From the IMG/VR virus record IMGVR_UViG_3300042885_001472: a stretch of 64,000 nt of DNA; one strand, 5' to 3'. Shown here one piece after another: positions 59,101-64,000 of the stretch. This DNA comes from a virus. Its lineage: Duplodnaviria > Caudoviricetes. Position 1 is the first letter of the stretch. Each line of letters opens with the position of its first letter. The notes beneath the pieces are model-generated. The model searched no databases. It saw only the letters and a list, made by a program, of their open reading frames with translations, and had not been told where the DNA came from. The translations under genes and the position numbers were made by a program.

Positions 59101-59368
59101 AATTGTTTGTTTTAGTCCGGAAATTAGAAGTGATATTTTAATTGATAATCCATCAAAAAGACAATATTTTACCAAGAAACAACTTGAACTATGTTCTGGT
59201 TTCCCAACAGATCCTATTGATCAGGATACATTAGATGATGTTTTTGTTATGGAACAAAAAGAAATTGACTTTTGGGAAAAGGTTGGTGCTAATCCGGAAT
59301 ATATGTATATCACGGAAATTGAACCTACTGAAATTATTAATGAACCAACTGATACAGAATACTTTTAG
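56159..59368 (+). CDS. polB: family B DNA polymerase with 3'-5' exonuclease, containing a mini-intein
   Basis: Exo FDIET, GYNSENFD, YLIDD; Pol LDYGSLYPS, KILNNSNFG, GD|TDG, KNYA. Confidence 0.96.
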   Translation: MELSKEEIKDFLEGRDPQKYIIGIESTYDQNFVNLIINDPITGKRIEKHKFKPFLWMKSPDMDKFFKGDRRLIKTKLREHMITITPLKLEDENGNIHKRLENGFKFLVQTRGSYRNITNFFKESGIDIQKEENRKGFLTLGPTEQFLIQSGKRLFKGFDDYADLVRFSFDIETTSLTPETGRILQIGMKDNRGFEHVLDIDSDDEERNAIYTFFNIIDELKPDIICGYNSENFDWTYILGRCELLNLDYKKITKTLKNGMPLYRKQATLKLGGEMEYYQQTVLWGYNVIDVWHAVRRAKAINSNIKETGLKYITKYSKIAKPNRVYVGHDKIAKIWVDERPYLFNESDGKYMVVPEDKTGYEGWEEVDGKFIIKKYLIDDLWETEQVDYKYNQATFLLSKLVPSTLQRTSTMGTAALWKVLMCTWSYENGLAIPDYQPKEKFPGGLSRLLRIGFVPNVVKLDYGSLYPSIQLTHDVFPEVDITGALKGMLTYLFAERDLYKNLMKKAQREGDDKGADMFDKKQLPIKILNNSNFGSLSAPDVFPWGDTNIGAMITCTGRQYLRLMIKFFMDKGFEPIVGDSVTYDTPVYIKYGDDILDILPISDLFDITGTIEGDQLRDYSDKPYKILTRSGWKDIKYVYRHGTEKQIKSISIKDRGNVDVTEDHSLFQNGVEIKPSSLKIGEYIDVYENGDVSQGLITNISDIDNPCPNNFVYDVSTEDGTFIIGKGKIIAHNTDGFNFKIPENAKELTYTGLGTHLTVVKDKIYNGIEAALAEFNEKYMRGFMKLGIDEVIESTINLSRKNYADLIDGEVKLVGNTIKSAKMPKYIEDFLDKAIRMLLEGNGNEFIELYYENVEMIYNQEIPLLKIASKGKVKQTLESYKENTKRKNKAGNPMPRQAHMELLLKENINVNLGDTIYYINTGTKKSHADVKAKKNKDGTTDIEFNSSLILTNQIENNPDLKGEYNVTKYLVAFNTRIEPLIVCFSPEIRSDILIDNPSKRQYFTKKQLELCSGFPTDPIDQDTLDDVFVMEQKEIDFWEKVGANPEYMYITEIEPTEIINEPTDTEYF
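57899..58360 (+). mobile_element. mini-intein (154 aa, no endonuclease) in the polymerase catalytic motif
   Basis: IVGD|SVTYDTP ... VTEDHSL (block B) ... VYDVST ... IIAHN|TDGF. Confidence 0.93.
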
Positions 59369-59374
59369 TATAAA

Positions 59375-59408
59375 CCCCCCTACTTGATTTATTTAGGGGG
59401 GATTTTTT
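59375..59408. terminator. bidirectional intrinsic terminator between convergent polB and neck gene
   Basis: ccccccta-cttgatttatt-tagggggg stem flanked by A and T tracts. Confidence 0.75.
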
Positions 59409-60561
59409 ATATTACAATAATAGGTAATGGTCTAAATTTTAATGAGTTATTTAAATGTAAAGCTTCATTAGCTTGTCTTTCTAATTGTTTTTCAGTACCC
59501 AACTTAATTAATCTACCTTCAGGTCCAGTTAATTCATCAGTTAATGTTTTAATTTCTTCTTTACCTTCAGTTAATAGACTTTCATAATCCATTGTAACAT
59601 CACCTTCAGGTACTTTTAACGCACCACTATACTTACCCCTAACTCTTCCAAGGGTAACTTTAGATTTAGCTACTAAATATTGACGAACCCAAATCTTTGT
59701 TGGTTCATTAAAATCACAATAATCTAATTTAGATAATGGAACTTCATTTGGTAATTTAATAATATCTTTATTCGCAGCTCTACAAGCGTCAACATTTTCA
59801 GCTGTAGTATCGTAATAATGATACCATACTTTAGAACCACTTAACCCAATTGATCCACCAGTACCTTGACCAAAACTAAGTTTAGAACCAGGTGTTGACA
59901 TTAAATGTAATAATCTTGTACCATCCGGTCCGGCAGTCACTTTAAATATTAAATCACTTTTAACAATTCTTCGTTTTAAATTAAAATCAGCGGCACGTAA
60001 TAATATGTCATACGCAGGGGCCATATAAAAACCACCAGTACCATATCCACCACCACCACCATCACCATAACCAGTTTGAGCACCCATACCTAAACCTCCA
60101 CCAAAACCAGCACCACCACCAAATCCATAATATGAATATAGGGCGTGATCAATTGAAGGTGGAGTCATCCATAAAACTTCATTGATTTCTCTACCACTAG
60201 GTATTTGATATACTTGTACACCATCTCTAACGGTTACGAAATCTTTTTTTAATTCCCATGGACCCCTAGTTTGATTACCAGTTATTTTAGAATACGCATA
60301 AGTAAATTGATCAACAAAATTTAAAGATCTTGTTGTTAAGGCGAAAGCTACATCCGCGTTACCAACATCAAGACCAACTAATCCAGGCCATTGATTATCA
60401 ATTAACCAGTTTTGAACTAAACGAGTATAATCTTCAATAGATATTTTAAGTAAAATATCCAACATATCGTTAGTTAACTCAATTTTCCTAATAGGTGAAC
60501 CTAACTCAGTTCTAACAATGTCATATAGACAATTTTTTTCTTCATCTGAAATACAGGCCAT
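59407..60561 (-). CDS. gp13: neck/head-completion protein (T4 gp13-like)
   Basis: ELGSP..IELT; WVRQYLVA..K..LGRVRGKY.G...P.G.VTM...LL.EG..E. Confidence 0.75.
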   Translation of the reverse strand: MACISDEEKNCLYDIVRTELGSPIRKIELTNDMLDILLKISIEDYTRLVQNWLIDNQWPGLVGLDVGNADVAFALTTRSLNFVDQFTYAYSKITGNQTRGPWELKKDFVTVRDGVQVYQIPSGREINEVLWMTPPSIDHALYSYYGFGGGAGFGGGLGMGAQTGYGDGGGGGYGTGGFYMAPAYDILLRAADFNLKRRIVKSDLIFKVTAGPDGTRLLHLMSTPGSKLSFGQGTGGSIGLSGSKVWYHYYDTTAENVDACRAANKDIIKLPNEVPLSKLDYCDFNEPTKIWVRQYLVAKSKVTLGRVRGKYSGALKVPEGDVTMDYESLLTEGKEEIKTLTDELTGPEGRLIKLGTEKQLERQANEALHLNNSLKFRPLPIIVI

Positions 60562-60576
60562 AATTATTCTTTTTTA

Positions 60577-60596
60577 ATAAATATATGGATATTTAT
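60577..60596. promoter_or_regulatory. back-to-back ATATTTAT motifs serving divergent genes
   Basis: ataaatat 60577-60584 (minus strand, for gp13) and atatttat 60589-60596 (plus strand, for ORF 60603). Confidence 0.55.
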
Positions 60597-60602
60597 CTTT
60601 TG

Positions 60603-60914
60603 ATGGATATTAAAAAAATTATACGTAAAAATTTAGTTGAACACCACGATCTAATTAGACATGATAGTTCAGTAGATCTATTAAAAAAAGCTACAAGCTC
60701 ATTAGTTGATACGGTTAGATATTTAGAAACATTAACACAACAAGTAGACCAAAAAGAATGTAATGAGACACTAATTAGGGTATTAGATATTATTCGTCAC
60801 CCAATGGGTAGTGTTAGTGATGGTGGTTTCAACCATAAAAATGATGGTAATATTTTAGCACTTTTAGAAATGATTTCTTCTATTATTAGTAGAGAGAATT
60901 ATCCAAGACAATAG
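60603..60914 (+). CDS. hypothetical protein (start revised to ATG 60603)
   Basis: Leader MDIKKIIRKNLVE. Confidence 0.65.
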   Translation: MDIKKIIRKNLVEHHDLIRHDSSVDLLKKATSSLVDTVRYLETLTQQVDQKECNETLIRVLDIIRHPMGSVSDGGFNHKNDGNILALLEMISSIISRENYPRQ

Positions 60915-60916
60915 AA

Positions 60917-61177
60917 TTAATTAAATATTAAATCGTTAATTTTTTCTACACAACCATCTATTGTTGAAAAATCTTTCTCCGGAATTAGCCAAGTACCACC
61001 AACAGAAACTAAAGGTATTAAATCAGTACCCAGTTCATTAAGTACTTTTTCATATTCATCCTTATAGATATCTATATCTTTATCAATATATTTAATATCA
61101 AGTTCTTTTAATTTTCCTTTTAATGTGGTACAATATCCACAATTTTTCATACTATAAACCAATATTCTTTTTATCAT
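60917..61177 (-). CDS. glutaredoxin/NrdH-like protein
   Basis: VYSMKNCGYC (CxxC), cis-Pro motif LIP, thioredoxin-fold size. Confidence 0.88.
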   Translation of the reverse strand: MIKRILVYSMKNCGYCTTLKGKLKELDIKYIDKDIDIYKDEYEKVLNELGTDLIPLVSVGGTWLIPEKDFSTIDGCVEKINDLIFN

Positions 61178-63078
61178 AAATCTTCAATTATATTTTCTAT
61201 TATATTTTCATCATCAATATCACCAATTATGGTATTAATAATGGTTTTTTTATTTTTAAGTACACCCCACACCAAAGTATCAACTGTATCATCAAACAAT
61301 GGGTAGTATACAATTACATTTTTTAATTGACCAATTCTATAAGCCCGATCTTCCGCTTGTTCTAAATTACCTGGAACCCAATCCAAGGAGTTTATAATTA
61401 CGACTTCCGCCTTAGTTAATGTTAAACCTACACCAGCGGCCTTTATTTGACCAACAAATACTTTTACTTTTTCATCATTTTGGAAATTATCCACAGCTTT
61501 TTGTCGATCTTTTTCTCTGGTACTACCATCCAGATAGACACCTAATTTACCAAAATGTTCTTTAAAACATTCTAACTCTTCTCTAAAATTTGTAAAAATT
61601 AAAACTTTCTTACCATTTTCAATCGCGTTCTCCGCTATCTCAATGGAATGTTTAACTTTCTCTATGGCGATAAATTTCCTTAATAAAACTAATTCAACTA
61701 AATGTTTCACAACATTACCACCTTTACCTTGTAATTTTCTCCACTCTAAATATTTGTCAAATACTTCATCATACTTAACTCTATTTTCAAGTTCCAGATA
61801 TATTGGTTCAATAATTTTTTCTGGTAAATCTAACACATCTTCCTTCTTCCTTCTTAAAATAGTATTTTTAGTTCTTTCAGATAGTTCAACTAAATTGGAC
61901 GCACCATCACTTAACCAAATAGTTCTCAATACACCTTTAATCTTTGTTTTTATTTGTCTACCACCACAATATCTTCTTATATAATAAGACCAATCTGAAG
62001 CTATAGGTACTTTAATGAGATTAAGTAAATTGTAATAATCACTAGGTCTATTTGCGATTGGAGTCCCAGTAAGTAACCACATATATTTTGGGTTACATTC
62101 CTTAACGATTTCTTGTATAATTTTTCCACGGTTAGATTTTGAATTTTTAATGTAATGTGATTCATCCAATATAATTACATCAAAATTCTCATTAATAAGT
62201 TCTCGACTAATTCTTTTTGGGTTATATTCCTTACCCTTTTGTAAAACGGTATGGAAATTTTTAAGTATATCGTAATTAATAATTGTAAATTTAGCCGGTT
62301 CCCAATTACTACCCCTAATGATACTAACATCTTCTGGTTCAGTATAAATCTCAATCTCTCGTTGCCAATTAATTTTAAGTGAAGATGGACACACAACCAA
62401 TATCCTTTTAGCCCCTGTTTCAAGGGCGGCCATAACAGATGTGGCCGTTTTAGCTAAACCCATATCTAAAGCCAAAATACATTTTTTTCTATCTAATAAG
62501 AATTTAACACCCTCTTTTTGATGATCAAAGTATTTCCTACCCAACTTATCCATTTCTTCATACTTATCAAAATCAATGGTGACATCATCATATTTAGTGT
62601 ATAAATCATCAATTAATTGGGTTTTAGGTAACCAAAATAATTTAATATCCTCTTGGTTTTTATAAAACTTACCTAAAACATGATACGCTTTATCACTTTC
62701 ACCAATAACACTTTCAACCATAATTTTTTCCGGAACTTTTTTTAAATTATATTCCTTTTGAAGTTCATTACCGAAAAATGATGTTATACCTACAATATTA
62801 TTAATTTTAACAATATCTCTGTCATAATTTTTACTAATATATTCTAATTGAGTTTTAGTTAATTGATGATTACTAGAATTTACCTTTTTTTTCAAGTAAA
62901 TAATATATGGGTTAAAACCACTATATAATAGTAATTTATCCGTAATTTTTTTTATTTTAATATCTTCCGCTTGAATCACAATAATAATATGAATTTGATT
63001 GTATAAAACAATATTTATTAATAAATAATATAATATGTCATTGAACAAAAATAAAGTCCCAATCACTAGATTAAACAA
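61174..63078 (-). CDS. SNF2-family helicase/ATPase (true start probably GTG near 62979)
   Basis: HQKEGV, LDMGLAKT, VCPSSL..NW, ILDESHYIKN, LTGTPIAN, GVGLTL, QAEDRAYRIGQ. Confidence 0.92.
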   Translation of the reverse strand: MFNLVIGTLFLFNDILYYLLINIVLYNQIHIIIVIQAEDIKIKKITDKLLLYSGFNPYIIYLKKKVNSSNHQLTKTQLEYISKNYDRDIVKINNIVGITSFFGNELQKEYNLKKVPEKIMVESVIGESDKAYHVLGKFYKNQEDIKLFWLPKTQLIDDLYTKYDDVTIDFDKYEEMDKLGRKYFDHQKEGVKFLLDRKKCILALDMGLAKTATSVMAALETGAKRILVVCPSSLKINWQREIEIYTEPEDVSIIRGSNWEPAKFTIINYDILKNFHTVLQKGKEYNPKRISRELINENFDVIILDESHYIKNSKSNRGKIIQEIVKECNPKYMWLLTGTPIANRPSDYYNLLNLIKVPIASDWSYYIRRYCGGRQIKTKIKGVLRTIWLSDGASNLVELSERTKNTILRRKKEDVLDLPEKIIEPIYLELENRVKYDEVFDKYLEWRKLQGKGGNVVKHLVELVLLRKFIAIEKVKHSIEIAENAIENGKKVLIFTNFREELECFKEHFGKLGVYLDGSTREKDRQKAVDNFQNDEKVKVFVGQIKAAGVGLTLTKAEVVIINSLDWVPGNLEQAEDRAYRIGQLKNVIVYYPLFDDTVDTLVWGVLKNKKTIINTIIGDIDDENIIENIIEDL

Positions 63079-63553
63079 ATTTTTTTCACAGGAAGATTTT
63101 GGTTTAGAAATAGATATGGGTAGAGAATACCTTGAAGGTGATTTAAATATGTCAGTAATTTTGTATCGTATTGATCCAATAGCTACTAATGTTGATTCAT
63201 TATATGGTGAAGTTAATTCATCAGAATTAAGATTTTTACCACCGGTAGAGTTAGTTGGTTTAATTAAAATTGAACTTCCTGAGAATAAAACGTGGAGTAA
63301 AGGTGGTCTTAGAAACCTTGAACCTGGTAAATTAACATTTAGTTTATATCAAGAACAATTAGATGAATTGGAAGTGGATGTTAAATATGGTGATTATATA
63401 GCGTATCCAGAAAATGAATTCACAATAAAATATTTTACGGTAGTAAATGATGGTAAAATTATATCTGATAATTCACACACAATTTTAGGTTACAAAGGAT
63501 TTTATAGAACAATTATTTGTACACCAGCTTTATCTAACGAAATCCTACCTTAA
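63035..63553 (+). CDS. neck/head-closure protein (T4 gp14-like)
   Basis: VILYRID...LYGE...F.PPVEL; GDYI; ATATTTAT at 63011. Confidence 0.65.
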   Translation: MSLNKNKVPITRLNKFFSQEDFGLEIDMGREYLEGDLNMSVILYRIDPIATNVDSLYGEVNSSELRFLPPVELVGLIKIELPENKTWSKGGLRNLEPGKLTFSLYQEQLDELEVDVKYGDYIAYPENEFTIKYFTVVNDGKIISDNSHTILGYKGFYRTIICTPALSNEILP

Positions 63554-63582
63554 CATATTTATATAGTAAACAAATAATTAAA

Positions 63583-64000
63583 ATGTCTTTACCTAAAAAA
63601 TTTTTAACAAATATAAATATTAATCCACCTAAAGAAGGGGTTGAAAGAAGACAAGAATGGTTGGATGGTATTTCCGATAATGGAACTTATTTACCAAGAG
63701 GAATTACCCATGAGGATATGGATAAAACATTTAATGATTTTGTTGAAAAAGATTTAGAAATATCTATTGATGGTCAAAAAGTTCCGGTTTATTTAATTGG
63801 TATTCAAAGATGGGTTGAGTTTGTAAGAGATTGGACTAATGTTGATGAATGGAAAAATGTTAAATTACCTTTTGTAACTATTACTAGAAAACCTGACGCC
63901 CAACGTGGTGAAAATCAAGCTGGTTATTGGAATATACCTGGGACACCTACATATACATATATGAAAGTACCAACATTTAATGATGGTGTAAAAGGATTTG
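63583..64000 (+). CDS. partial CDS, probable tail terminator/completion protein (gp15-like); runs off the window edge
   Basis: Open frame MSLPKKFL...LPRGITHEDMD..VPV..QRW...KLPFVTITR; follows the gp14-like gene; ATATTTAT at 63555. Confidence 0.55.
   Translation, partial: MSLPKKFLTNININPPKEGVERRQEWLDGISDNGTYLPRGITHEDMDKTFNDFVEKDLEISIDGQKVPVYLIGIQRWVEFVRDWTNVDEWKNVKLPFVTITRKPDAQRGENQAGYWNIPGTPTYTYMKVPTFNDGVKGF

Noticed and set aside
2036-62423. Many antisense or alternate-frame ORFs in the track (e.g. 2036, 4515, 4810, 5461, 6550, 8656, 10622, 11810, 14893, 15889, 16885, 17439, 19644, 20391, 21374, 21830, 21985, 24491, 27117, 28237, 29437, 29855, 31057, 31926, 33793, 35406, 41533, 42435, 45111, 47650, 48399, 49014, 53216, 53362, 54268, 54416, 56245, 57679, 59384, 61643, 62175)
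   Set aside because: They overlap well-supported genes, lack start context, and show mirror-image low-complexity composition (e.g. poly-Ser opposite the acidic scaffold).
1-64000. tRNA, rRNA or other structured ncRNA genes
   Set aside because: Intergenic gaps are short and very AT-rich; no cloverleaf or T-loop (GTTCGA-type) signature was recognised. A tRNAscan/Infernal run would be decisive.

Overview
This window is a 64 kb segment of a large, AT-rich, T4-like (myovirus-type) dsDNA phage genome in the standard genetic code. The host is most likely a Bacteroidota (probably flavobacterial) bacterium: there is a TTTG-N19-TATATTTG promoter, and start regions are A-rich without Shine-Dalgarno sites. 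Order of modules: thyA plus a free-standing GIY-YIG homing endonuclease; a nucleotidyltransferase; acidic head-associated proteins; terminase large subunit; portal (split by an HNH intein); a holin-like gene; prohead protease, scaffold and major capsid protein; baseplate/spike genes; a gp55-like sigma factor; a ~12 kb cluster of 8 glycosyltransferase-like and 3 methyltransferase genes with phoH and dUTPase; a fibre/LamG adhesin array; family-B DNA polymerase (mini-intein); and neck genes flanking a glutaredoxin and an SNF2 helicase. The most striking observation is the 950-aa fibre at 52275-55127. Its tip carries a DUF3494 ice-binding-protein-like domain that appears circularly permuted and inserted into a C1q-like trimeric head. 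It sits on a compositionally foreign ~2.8 kb island and is followed by a paralog lacking the solenoid. Other highlights: a duplicated ThyA C-terminus flanking the endonuclease, genome-wide TGCA avoidance that exposes recently acquired tracts, an ATATTTAT putative late promoter, cysteine-rich virion proteins, and an enriched [S/T]-G-x-T motif that may be the target of the glycosylation cluster. All calls are by eye; no database searches were run, and counts are manual.
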